A DNA stretch of 63,308 nucleotides, filler included, from Reticulomyxa filosa (GCA_000512085.1; 8 parts of 8 records of this genome joined end to end with filler, not necessarily neighbours in it); one strand, 5' to 3'; positions 51,336 to 63,308 are shown, numbered from the whole stretch's first letter. Translations and numbers: made by a program. Notes: a model not told the origin generated them from the letters alone.

Positions 51336-53438
51336 AAAAAAAAAAAAAAATGTACAAAGATAATATCGAAACTAACTGCTGAATTTTGATTTGATCCAAT
51401 TTATTGATATTCGTTATTTGTGATATTGCAATTGTTAGAATATTCATTATAATTGACAAAACGTTGATATATTTATAATAAATATATTTATATTTTATTT
51501 ATATGTATATATTTTCTTTATTAATATTGTTTAATATTTATTTTGTTGTTGCATTAGTCATCTTCGTCGATTTTGATATTTAATACATTTTCATTTTCGA
51601 TCGATATTGTCTTTTGTTGTTATATAATGAATAATATTTTTATTAACTCAATTTTATAATTTTTTATTTTTATTTTTATTTTTATATAATAAATATAGAT
51701 AACCAATCAATTACTTGTATTATCTATAAAAAATACTTTTATATTTAATTAATGTTTTCATCAATAATTGACATTATATTCAAGTCACTATCATGTTTAT
51801 AGACACTTTCTACATGATATTGCAAGTCTCCTGCAATATAAATATGACTGTATATATTCAGTATGGACATTCGAAATTGATCTATATGCTCTCGATTTGA
51901 TATTTGACTTTAAATTGTCATTTGCATTCAGCGAGAATCACGATTCAAATCAAATATTGTATTTTTTTTCACTTTATAATGCTAATTTAATCTTTGAACA
52001 ATCTTTGTGCAAATTTCGATTTCGATCGTTAACAATAATTTTATTTCAAATATATTTTTATATTTATATACTCATATACATTATTTTTCTTTACACAAAT
52101 TTCATCTTCTCTTTATGTTATGAATTTTCTTTTGTAGACAACTATCAATTCATTACTTATTCGATTGGATTTGTCGTGATGGATTTTGCATTGTGGTAGT
52201 ATTGTAAATTGTAGTTGTTATTTCGTGTTATTGTGTATCATTCTGCAATATTGGAATTGATGGGTAGAGTTTGCTTTCTTGTGGTGAGTGATAATTACGA
52301 ATTTCGAACTATTAAAAAAAACATAAGCAAGACCTTTGTTTTTATGATTTTTTTCCGTTGGTTATTTTGGTCTCGAAAAGGTAAAATTGTTTTTCTTTTA
52401 AAAAAAAGATATGATGCAAATTTCAAAATCTTATTAAAATTTATTTTCCTCTACAAAAAAAAGGTGTTACTAGAATTTGAAACAGAGACTTCACAGAATG
52501 TAAAGAAGAAAAGGATATTGCAGAAACATTTCTGGAATAACCAACTTTGGACTATCCTTTTAAGCCGAAACTTACAACAAACAATACTTGAAGACCCTTG
52601 GAGAGAACGTTTTTGTTGAAACGTTGAACGTAAAATTTAACGAGTTGGAAACAATTATCAAGCAACAATTCCAAGTATTCAATGTAATTCTAAAGTATTG
52701 AGATGTTCTCATCAAAATAGAATATATTGAAAAATAAGTTTGTTCCAAATCTCCGGAAAGCTATAATGACTTTAATAACAAGAAGTATTACTTAATAATG
52801 AATCTAATTTCTCAAGCAGCTGGATGATCTTTTTTTGGCAAAAAAAACAAACTTAAAAAATTTATTGTCATATTTTTAAATACTGTTTACTTTTTGATCC
52901 AATTAACTTTTTCATTATAATTTTTTCTTTTCATGCTTGTTTAGAGCAGTGTGTCTTTTGTCATATCTCTTTTTTTTTGAAATATTTCCAGAGCACATTC
53001 CTCCATTTTTTTTACAAATTGATTTTTATGTTATCATTTTCAATTATTGAGAACAAAAAACGGGCTATCAACAAAAAAACCCAAAAATCCGACACGAACC
53101 AATTATTTCCACATATATTTTTTCAATTATCTGTTAGCATGGAAAAAGGCTGATTCAACAATGAAATGGAGAGATGTTCACAACAAATTAATGAAAGAGC
53201 AAAATATTTCACAAAGCAAAGCCACCAAATATCTGTATTATTTTCTTTGAGAAGCCACCAAACACAGTTACAGAACCGGTTCGACGCGCGCGCACGTGTG
53301 TGTGCATAATGTGCACAAGTTATTTTTTCAAGGATTTATTGTTGGCACTAAGTTGTTGAATGATGGCCCTATGATAAGCCGCGATTTGCACACACAACAA
53401 CAAAATTAACACCTAAAAAAAAAAAGGGGGGGGGGGGG

Positions 53439-53538
53439 NNNNNNNNNNNNNNNNNNNNNNNNNNNNNNNNNNNNNNNNNNNNTTAATTAATTAANNNNNN
53501 NNNNNNNNNNNNNNNNNNNNNNNNNNNNNNNNNNNNNN
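53439..53538. other. Artificial contig spacer
   Basis: 44N-TTAATTAATTAA-44N. Confidence 0.99.
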
Positions 53539-53610
53539 TATTACTTTATGAAGTGATTGATATATAATTTTAATCCAAGAAATCAGAAATGATTTGAATG
53601 ATTATTATCA

Positions 53611-54258
53611 TTATTTGTAATATTCATAAATATAATTTTTAATATTTTGTCTTTGAAATCCAATTACATTAAATTTCCTTAATTTATTATCCAAATATGA
53701 ACATATTGCATTAGGAAGACTTGCCATAAGTATAAAATAATTTGGATTTACAGTACAATGTTGTAACCATTGTTTCAAAACTGGCTTTTTTGTATTCAAT
53801 TCATTTTCAATTTCATCAAATCAATCAAATACCAACAACAGTTCATTCTTTTCATTCACTACACATTTTGTGTAATCTGTATTCCATTGTGGAATATTCA
53901 ATTCTTTTATTATCTTTGACCATTGTCCTTCCATGTTATCATCGTTTTTGTTCATTTCTTTTTCAAATATATTTGCAATTTTCTTCAAAGGAATTTGCAA
54001 TAATAATTCAAATCTATCATTCCACATTTGTTTGCATAGATATGCAATCTTTTGTACAAATATACTTTTTCCAGTTCCTGCTTCACCATGGATACTAATA
54101 TAACGAACTTCTAATTCTTTTTCTTTTCTTCCTCTTCTTCTTTCTCTTCAACTTCTTTATCCTCAGCGTCTGCTGTTTTTTTATTTTCCAAATATCTTCT
54201 AATTCTGTTGTTTTTTGCTGAGTATAAATCAATGAATAGTCCATTGTGTTTAGCCATT
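53611..54258 (-). pseudogene. NACHT-type (STAND) NTPase pseudogene or fragment
   Basis: One frame from 54120: VRYISIHGEAGTGKS (Walker A)...FELLLQIPLKKI...LLLVFD*FDEI (Walker B, TGA at 53823)...FILMASLP...FNVIGFQRQNIKNYI; frameshift near 54120. Confidence 0.85.
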
Positions 54259-54538
54259 TTTCATTATTTTTATTATTTCTTTTTCGGATCAGTCGAACAG
54301 GACAGTGTTATATGAGTGAAATTTGATTTAATTTTTTATTTCAATAAGTATGAATATTTACAAATGGTGACAGACTGTTAATGTATTATTATATACTCAA
54401 CATATTTTTTTATCCAATTATCATTTAAAATCAAGTTATTATTCACATTTGCCTATGCTATTCTTTCCTTTTTTTAGTTCTCTGTCCCTTCGTTGGTCTT
54501 GCGAGAAAAAAGTTCATCTAAGACCAGCTTAAAAAGAA

Positions 54539-55903
54539 ATGATCGCCCATAGCAAGGAAAAACAAACCCCAACACGACCAGTATTGGTAAGCTTTCATTT
54601 CAACCTTTCAAAAAAACTAATTGTTTTTAGGTTTTTATTGTACTTGTCAATTAAACCAGTTAGAAGAAGAGGTCCAAATAATTATCCAACATTGGATTCG
54701 AACATTAAAGATCAAATTAGGATGGATCAATAATTTTGACAAAATTATTGTCAATTATGTTATGTTTTTTTATTATTTTCATTTAACCACAAATGTATAT
54801 GTGCTAATTACAATGTAACACAGATAAGTACATTCATCATGCTTGACACATTTCTATCATCATCTGAATTAATCAATACATTCACTGGACATACTCATTA
54901 TGTATGGAGTATTGATTATTCAGAATTTGATAGTTGTCAATTCATTTGTTCTGCATCAGAAGATAAAACAATTCGTGTATGGGATGTTGATAATAACAAA
55001 CAAATTCAATTATTCGATTTATACTTAGACGAAGTGTATTGTGTAAAATTTTCACCTTATCATTATCATAATAATCATCAAAATATCATTTGTTTTTCAT
55101 CACAGAACAACAGCATTCGTTTTTGGGATTTTGAACATAATCAACAATTGCAATCATTCAAACAACACACTAACTGGGCTGGTGCAATTGAATTTTCACC
55201 ATTTAGTGGGGGTAGATATTTGTGTTCTGGATCACATGATAACAAAATTCGTTTATGTGATGTTGAAACATACAAAACATTACATGTTTTCGATGGACAT
55301 ACACAATGGGTTTGGTGTGTGGATATTTCACCATTGCAAAGTAACAACAACAGCAATAATGAAAGTAATAATATTGGTGTGATTGGTGGTAATGGATATA
55401 CAATTTGTTCTGGATCATTTGATAAAACCATTCGAACATGGGATATTGAAACAACTAAAAAATTAACTTTATTCAAAGGACATACAGATTATGTGAAGAG
55501 TGTAAAATATGGATCAAATGCATTAGCAAATACAATATTATCTGGATCAAATGATAAAAGTGTCCGTTTGTGGGATACTCGATCTGGTAAACAAATTCAA
55601 GTATTCAATGGACATTCAAAGATGATAAATAATGCTGAATATTCACCATTTGTAATTAAGAATAGTAGTAAAGTAGTTGATGGCAATTCAAATGTGATAT
55701 GTTCTGTATCAGATGATAATACAATTCGATTTTGGGATATTCGATCAAATAAGAATGAATTGTATGTGATTGAAGGAGATAAAAAGGATGAAGGAATAAT
55801 ATGTATTAAATTCGTATTATTAAAAAAGAAAGTAAAGAACAATAATCGCAATGTTCATTTATTTTATGGTTCATGTGGAGGCCCAATTCGTGTTTGGGGG
55901 TGA
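54539..55903 (+). CDS. WD40 protein with an N-terminal GW-box exon (54660-54758); complete paralog of 50448
   Basis: Exons 54539-54586, 54660-54758 and 54824-55903, all phase 0; about 7 WD repeats ending PIRVWG*. Confidence 0.92.
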
Positions 55904-57885
55904 ACATAAATAAATAATTTTTTGAATTTAAAACAATTTTTTTAAAAAGAAAATATTGATAAAATTTTTGTTTTATTTTTCAATATAAACACAGTTTTTG
56001 AAAGATTTAAGAGTTCAAAGAAATCATTTTTTTTTTTGATGAATTAATTTTTTTAAACAATAAAGACTATTTTATGACATTTAACAAAAAGAAAATGACG
56101 TATATTTTTTTTAGAGTTGCGCATTCGCGAAGCGGTTAAATAGAAAAAATTTTAATTCGTAATTAAATGTAGAATGGAAGTATGAAATGAAAATGAATGA
56201 ATTGAGTGATTATTGAATCGTATGTTTGATATAAAAAAAAAATAAAATAACAGGCTAAATATGTGCTAATAAATAAAATTAAAAAAAAATTGCAAATGAA
56301 ATTTTTTCGACAATGTGAAAAAAATTTATAAATGAAATAAAATGCATTAAAACAAATTTAAAAAAAAAGCAAAGTAAGGAAAAATCAAAAAATAAAGATT
56401 TAAATCAGGCAGCGCCTTCAGGAACATTCTAGCGCCGCCCGAACTAATTCTTTCTTTTTGGTTTTGTATTCATTTGCTTTTTTTTAGCTTTCCAAAGGTG
56501 TACTTGGTTGGTTTTTACGACAAATAGAAACGAGTAAATCTCGAATGCAGCGCTTCCCAGAACAAATACAGTGTAAAGTAAGCAATTTGCTTCTAGAGTA
56601 TCCATAACGGACAGTAGTCACAATAGCAGCAATTATTTAAATGTTATATATGACGTAGAATCAGGGACATACTTGAATTGTAGATTTGTTGAACGCATGA
56701 AACTGGACCAACGGACGAATATTGTGTTCTTTCAAAACAAGAATAGCAATCATTGTAATGGCAATAGCAATAGCAATGATAGTCATAAAAAGACTAAATT
56801 CATTTCAGTCATTATTATTGCAAGTAGATTTCTTTCAAAAAAAAGATGTTATCGCTTCAAGTTTTTCAAATGTTCATCAAAAAATGAAGATATGAAAGGA
56901 TATGTGCTAAAGCGTCAAGGAAAAAGTGCAGCTTGACATGACAGCCAAAAAAAGAGTTTTGTACTTTAGAATATCATCATAGTTGTATAGAATCACAACA
57001 GAATAAATAATACATTTGATGTTCAAAATATTTTTTAAAAAATTTTAATCGATTTAATATCAAGGTTCAAGTGAACACTGAAATCCCTTTTAACAAAACT
57101 TCTCCAACAACCAGTCACTTTTTCTTTTGCTATTGTCATTTATTCTTTTAGTTTAAGTTACTTGTTTTTTATTGAAAGGTTTTTCACATAGCAATACTTT
57201 TGTCGCGTTACATTTTGTGGCAGTGAAAGTGACAGTTAGTACTTCACACAGTCATAAGTACTTATAAGAGAATGAAACGTCATAAAAAAAAATTGCATTT
57301 AGATATTATTTGGCTATTACTTTGGTTGTGTAAATAAACAATTTAAATAAAATTAAAAAGTATCTGTCCTAAAAAAAATTTAAAATAACAATAAATAACT
57401 TACATCCAGTGACCAGATGATGCCTTGATTTTAAAATGTTAAATAAATAACAAAGCAAGTAATCAATTATATTTTAAAAAAATTGAAAATTCACAATGTT
57501 TTGATCATCAGTTATGTACAGTATCAAGTTGTTGTGGTTTCTTGGGAAAAACCAGTGTAAATTTGATCTTTCGGTTGGTGGATGATACAATTTTTTTTTG
57601 ATTTGAAAAATAATAATTGAGTAATATCCTTGGACAAGTACAAATTTTCAAAATCGAGTAAATGCGAACTGTTGTGAATATCGCGTTAAAGTATTCACAT
57701 TCTCATTATTTTCGAAGACTATTATAAAATGTGCTTTTGAATGAAATATCTTTGTTTAGAATGATAAAATTGTGATTTGTAATTAACAGCGAATGGTTTC
57801 TCTTGAAGAAAGATTTTAGCTAATTTTATGTATTTATTTTTCAAACAAATTTGCCAAAGTGTAAAAGCATTTTATATAAAAAAAA

Positions 57886-58570
57886 TACAATAGATTGCAC
57901 AAAAAACTGACATACCTAATGGCATTATATGAGAAGAATCGATTTTCTCAATAAAAAATAAAGATTTAAACATAATTTTTAAAATATATACTAATCTTGT
58001 AGTTTTTAAATATTAAATTGGTTTTATAATAAGTTTTTTCTAGGTTGATCAAAAATATGATTTTTTAAAAACTATTTTTTTGTTAAAAATTTGTTTTTTT
58101 GTAATGTTTTTACCATTTTGTTGGTTTTCCTTGTGCATTGATTAAAGCTTCAATTCTCATTGGCATTGACTCAACTAGAGCTTGACATAGTTTAGTGTCA
58201 GTTTTTTCCAATATTTTTTCAAATTTTTCACAAGTTCTTGTTTATTGTTAATTTTTTTGCCTTTGTATAATTTTACATTAATTATCAACTAACTTTTTTA
58301 ATTGGATTTAGGTCTGTTGAATTGTTATGAAAATTTAAGTTCTATATTGTTTTCTATAAACAATACATTATTTCTTTAGCTTTGTGATATGATGCATTGT
58401 CTTGTTGGAACATCAAGTCATTTTCATCATTTACACAGTAATTTACACTATTTAACACGTACTATTCTAATACATCTTTATAAATTTCATTAAGCAATTT
58501 AATTAACAAAAGAATTTATAACTTGACAAAAAACAATCAAAACATCCAATTAATATCTAATTTCCCCATC
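57886..58570 (-). mobile_element. Decayed Tc1/mariner DNA transposon: C-terminal transposase relic (~58570..58110) plus 3' TIR ending at TA 57886-57887
   Basis: Broken frames give IGCF, NEIYKDVLE*YVL...LMFQQDNASYHKAK, NSTDLNPIK and LCQALVESMPMRIEALINAQGKPTKW*. Terminus is TA-CAATAGATTGCA. Confidence 0.88.
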
Positions 58571-59676
58571 GAGTAATATTTTTCAAAAGTTATTAATAAG
58601 ACAATCCGAATCTATTATTCAAAAAAAAGTTTTATATTGTGATCGACAAATTGTACAAATATATACAAATATAAAACACATTATAATAATTTTTTTTTTC
58701 GAATATTTTCCGTTACAAACTGTTTGCAAATTGCTATAAAGTGTTGAATTATAATTTTTTGTTTGTTTTGTTTGCTGTCATTGTGATATTACTAACTCAA
58801 GTATTTGCATCATCACATATATTTGCATTATATATTTATTTATATAAATATTTTCAACTTTTAAAAACAAAATGATTTTTGCATCATGCTTGAGCATTCG
58901 TCAAATGATTGATCTTTGTGATTAATGCAACAATAAACACTAAGTGCATCAGCAATTGAAAGGCAAAAATATGTTATCGTCATTTTTTTATGAGTTGAAG
59001 AATGTGCTTGTACTTCATCTTTCATTAGAAGCTGGACCATTAACACCAGCTAGATTGATGCAACTTGCCAGATTTCGTTGACATCGCTCAACATGATATG
59101 GGACAAAGGCAGCTGATGTAAAATTTAGTTATGTATATTTACATCACACAAACAGCTTTCTACATTTCATTGTCTGCGAGCAATCATTTACCAAATTAGA
59201 ATATATGTTATTTTACTTCTTCTTTCTTTTATAATAATCGTTATCACTACTGGGCCATGTTAAATGCTTTGATGATTCAGTTTAATGAAGTTTCTTGGAA
59301 ATTATTATTTGAAAAAATTACATTATTTTTGATGTTATTTTATATTTGTAAATATTTTGCACTTTTTTTACACTTATTTGAAATTTTTTCAATTTTTTTA
59401 TTTTTTTTCTTTGATTTTTTTTAATGAAGGAATACAAAAGCCAGACTTGTTCTACGTAGTTTAAAGATATAGCTATTTTAACAGATATTGCAAACACAGT
59501 AAAAGATGTTTGATATGTGGAAATACAAAACTTTTTTTAGTACATAATAAAATTTAAAGTTTCGTTAGAATAATATATCAAAAGCTGTTCTTAAGAGTTT
59601 TTTTAAAGTAAAACGCCGTCGTATTTCGGCCTTCCAAAATTTAAGCAAATCAAGAAAATCAAGTTCTTGTTGAAAA

Positions 59677-60694
59677 ATGTCTGATGATGATAAAGAAGAA
59701 GAAGAAGAGAAGAAACAAACAAGCACAAAAGATGACAAAACTTTTATTCCCAACCCAAAAGAGCTTGATGGCGTGCCAGATTTGTCGATGTTGGTGTACC
59801 TAGAAATGCGTCATGTACTACATAACTTGCATTTCAGGTTTAAATGCATGTCACGAAAGAACTGTTACACCAGTGTATCTACCATTTTGGTAAACTAAAA
59901 AAAAAGCACGTTACATAAATCAAAAAAAAAACAATAGTATACGTGTTGTTGTTTTTTTTTTTTGCAATGAGTGTACGATGTTGGAAAGAAAACTTTGAGT
60001 ATCGTAAAAAAAAAAAATTTGGAATAGGTTGCCATTAACCCTTATGAACGATTGCCAGTTTACGGTCAAGATGTGATTAATGAGTTCCATGAAGCTTCAA
60101 AACAAGGAAAGCTTCCACAAGGACGACCACATCCTTATGGTGTGTCAGCGCGTTCCTACATGAGAATGGTCCAGCGAAAGTGTAATCAATCCATCATCGT
60201 GTGCGGTGAATCAGGAGCCGGCAAAGTTGATAAATCTTAGAACATTCCTATCTGATGCAAAAAAAAAAAAAAAAAAAAAACCAAACTACTGTATTGTATT
60301 AAAACAGGGAGGATGAGGAGGGGAAACATAACCGCTTGTTTTGTTTTTTTGTTTGTTTTTTTTTTTTTGGAATAGACGGAAACAACGAAACTGTTAATGC
60401 GTTATCTGGCAATGACGGCGCCATCGACATCAATAGAAACGTCGATTGTAGAGCAGCAGATCATTGCGGCGAGTCCGCTGTTGGAAGCGTATGGCAACGC
60501 CAAGACGGTGATGAACAATAACAGCAGTCGCTTCGGCAAGTTTACGAAACTGTTGTACAACGTCCCTGACAAAGCCAAGGAGGGACACATTTTGGGATCC
60601 TATTTGGAAACTTATCTCTTGGAAAAGTCTCGTGTGGTGTTCCAAGCTGGCAATGAACGCAACTATCACATCTTTTATTTTTTGCACAAAGGTA
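59677..60694 (+). CDS. Myosin heavy chain, N-terminal part of the motor domain, truncated by the spacer
   Basis: [25 protein letters not shown]|[42 protein letters not shown]. Confidence 0.96.
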
Positions 60695-60695
60695 A

Positions 60696-60728
<33 letters not shown>

Positions 60729-60828
60729 NNNNNNNNNNNNNNNNNNNNNNNNNNNNNNNNNNNNNNNNNNNNTTAATTAATTAANNNNNNNNNNNNNNNN
60801 NNNNNNNNNNNNNNNNNNNNNNNNNNNN
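60729..60828. other. Artificial contig spacer
   Basis: 44N-TTAATTAATTAA-44N. Confidence 0.99.
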
Positions 60829-60894
60829 TTTTTTATACGTTTATATATGTACATCTTTTCTATGTGTGCATATACAAGTGTTGTGTGATGGGAT

Positions 60895-61290
60895 GTGAGG
60901 AAAGGATGGATTCGAAGACGTTGGACAGATAAGCAAATAATGCAGGGAGCGTGCATTGTGGAGGCTCTATGTTTAGGTGTAATGGGTTATATTTGCACCA
61001 GTGATATTGGACTGAAAGGCATGTGCGTTGTTGCCGTGCCACAGGCAATTGCCAGTGGTCTGCTTTATATTATGACCAGCAGCTGGATGTCAAAGGTTGT
61101 TCAAAGTGATGAAATTGCTACGTCAATTGCTTTATCTCATGCGCTAAGAGCGTTCGTGCAAGTATTTTCGCCGTTTCTTGGTGGCGAGTTAATCACTCGC
61201 TTTGGTTATCATTCCCTTGGATATGTGGGAACTTTGACAGGTTTTTGTGCCTTCTTGTTATTTCGTTTTTTTTTGATTCATTCTTTGTAG
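60895..61290 (+). CDS. C-terminal exon of an MFS transporter (5' truncated)
   Basis: Hydrophobic helices and the MFS-like MSKVVQSDEIATSIALSHALRAFVQVFSPFLGGELITRFG. Confidence 0.7.
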   Translation: MRKGWIRRRWTDKQIMQGACIVEALCLGVMGYICTSDIGLKGMCVVAVPQAIASGLLYIMTSSWMSKVVQSDEIATSIALSHALRAFVQVFSPFLGGELITRFGYHSLGYVGTLTGFCAFLLFRFFLIHSL

Positions 61291-61874
61291 CGATCTCTTT
61301 GTAAAGCATATTGCTGTTTGGACTCCTTTTTATTCCAATTTTTCCAGTTATTAGTTACTTCAGAAGCAAAAAAAAACTTTTATTTCGAAACTTTTCAAAC
61401 AGAATTTGATCTTTTTTTTTTTAAAATGAGCCTTACTAGCGAGGGAGATTATTAAAACAGAATTTACTTTTCTCCAAGCAAAGAAACAAAATTGTTTGCA
61501 ATCGTTGGCTGAAAAAGAAATTGAAGTACTTTTTTTGTTTATGTTTGAATGCAAGAATTCCACAATGATGTTGAACATATGTACATAAATATGAGTTAGT
61601 TTTTTTTTTTTTTTTTAGCTCCACAAAAACAATCGACCCGAATTTTTTGTCCCATTGATGAACAAAAGAAAAGAGAAAGCCCAGAGGAAGCAGAGTCAAA
61701 GTTTGTGAAACACGCATACACGAAACAAATAAAACGAAAAAAAATTCAAAGAAAACAGTTATTTGAAGCTTGATCATCAATCTTCCCCCAATATAATACA
61801 TATGTATACCATACATATATAATAAGTATTGAGGCAAAAAAGGTCGCAAATGGGGTCATGTTCCTTCTGTCAAG

Positions 61875-63150
61875 CTATAGATCGAGTTCCAAAGGCTGAG
61901 TCAAGTCATGTGGTGGTCCAGCACGGCTGCGTTTATATTCACCAATTCTAAGATACCAGCGAAATCTTCCCCTGTGAATATCACACGGCAAAAACGACAT
62001 AGTGAGTTTTGCAAGATCTGCGCCGAGGATATCCTCAAGATTTTTTTCAATAATGGGTTTGGAGATAGTCATATTGTAGATGAGATGAATATCGTTTAAT
62101 AGGACATCTTGGCAGTTGGTGATTTGATAAGTGGGGATATATTCATCCTCACCTAAAACAGTGTGTGTCCCCCCCCCCCGTTCAAAAAAAAAAAACCAAA
62201 GTAAATTGCGAAAAGGGGGAAAAAAAAAACGTATACATATACATGTATAGAAACAAGTTAACCAGGCAAAATATGCCAGGACAGCCAATACCACCAAAAA
62301 GCGCGTGGCAAGATGACGAAGATGAGGAGTAGAATGAGAATGGTGTACATGATGGTGAGAGCGAGTTGCAAGAGACTGAGATGAGCGAAGCCGAAGACGG
62401 TGATATGATAAGCCAAAGCAATGTAAGGAAAGAGCGGCGTGAGCAAGCGTCCGACGAGATACAAAGGCAAAATGAAGTAGGTCATGACAGTGAGCCAAAG
62501 GATGACAATCTTGGCACGTGATATTTCCTGGGGACGATGGTTGTCGATGGCCCTTTGCAGATCGATGTATTCAGATTGAAGAGGTTGGAAATAGATTTGT
62601 TTCACTTTGCTGCACAGCGACGAAAACTCAAAGGCCTGACTATAATAGCGTAAGTGAGCAAACGTTAGTCTGTCCCACGGCACGATACGTTCGGAGTGGA
62701 TTCCGATTTTGACCCCACTGGAGGAATCACGATTGTGAATGACTGATTCCGGAAGCGTCGTCAGTTCTTTCTGCATGTCGACGTCAAACAAGCTATCGGT
62801 CAAGAAGCGACACAACTTCACATCGTGTCGCACGCGCGGAGAAGCGAGCACCCAATTCACCAGCGTCAAGCGCAGCAATGTATCTCGAAAGTGTCCATTC
62901 CATCGATTCGACGTCAGCTGGAACTCAGGATACGTCGTCACTGACGTGGCTGCCACTTTGGATGTCGATGTCGATGTCGATGTCGATGTCATGTTGATAG
63001 TGTTGTTAATGTCGGCAAAGCTGGATACCCTTCCAACGGCGGCATTTTGTCCCTTTGGTACGAAGTTGGCGTTACGTACTGCCCGTGCTTGTACTCGGTC
63101 ACTAGTTTCTTCGGCACGGGCGCGCAGCAAGAGTAGCTCATCGAACACCT
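61875..63150 (-). CDS. Hypothetical membrane protein with a PX-like segment, 3 TM helices and a C-terminal box-like motif; 5' truncated
   Basis: RDTLLRLTLVNWVLASPRVRHDVKLCRFL (PX-like C-terminal helices); TM segments at 62290-62510; last exon ...IEKNLEDILGADLAKLTMSFLP. Confidence 0.55.
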
Positions 63151-63308
63151 GCGATTGCAGATGCACGCACAGAGCATCAGCGACAAGACGTGTCCGTGGT
63201 CCACCTTATCATTCGACGTGGACACAAACCGAAGAGCCTCTTTCCAAAACACCGATTCGTTTGTACTTTATATATACGTATACATTGGGTTTTTTTTTTT
63301 TTTTTTTT

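Noticed and set aside
53273-53320. GC-rich palindromic patch gaaccggttc-gacgcgcgcgcacgtgtg as a tRNA or ncRNA
   Set aside because: There is no cloverleaf or A/B box spacing; it is simple alternating purine-pyrimidine sequence.
56890-56970. PH-domain-like start MKGYVLKRQGKSAA*...FVL
   Set aside because: Too short and interrupted to assign; possibly pseudogene debris.
20915-60828. Recurrent TTAATTAATTAA motif between N runs as a biological repeat
   Set aside because: It is an identical 100-bp six-frame-stop assembly linker.
1-63308. CRISPR arrays, rRNA, tRNA or prokaryotic operons
   Set aside because: None seen by eye; the DNA is spliced eukaryotic sequence. tRNAscan and Infernal were not run.

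Overview
This is AT-rich, intron-containing eukaryotic DNA: eight contigs joined by artificial 100-bp spacers (44 N, TTAATTAATTAA, 44 N), so adjacency across spacers is not proven. The gene families, poly-Asn tracts and homopolymer indels resemble the foraminiferan Reticulomyxa filosa assembly; this is my inference, not a database result. Housekeeping and signalling genes: GSK3 kinase, triple-PH protein, P2C (Na/K-type) ATPase, DEP/EF-hand/C2/RhoGAP-like protein, AP-4 sigma, SPF45-like UHM protein, C2H2 zinc finger, V-ATPase subunit a, ERI-family exonuclease, Chtop/FoP-like protein, mitochondrial EF-G, amino-acid permease, PARG-like protein, myosin and an MFS fragment. Accessory families: WD40 and Kelch-like propellers, a caspase-like/TPR protein, a RING/TRAF-zinc-finger protein, a hidden NACHT pseudogene and a decayed Tc1/mariner element. 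Best candidate for an undescribed system: a ~33-codon phase-0 exon encoding an 'E-h-x2-h-h-x2-W...GW-h-x-D-F-x-K-h-h-x2-Y' helical box, found five times on three contigs. It lies N-terminal to WD40 propellers and C-terminal to Kelch-like propellers, and looks like a portable F-box/SOCS-box-like adaptor on diversifying receptors near NLR, caspase and TRAF-like genes. Second signal: many introns have A-rich rather than pyrimidine-rich acceptors, and some have base-paired ends.
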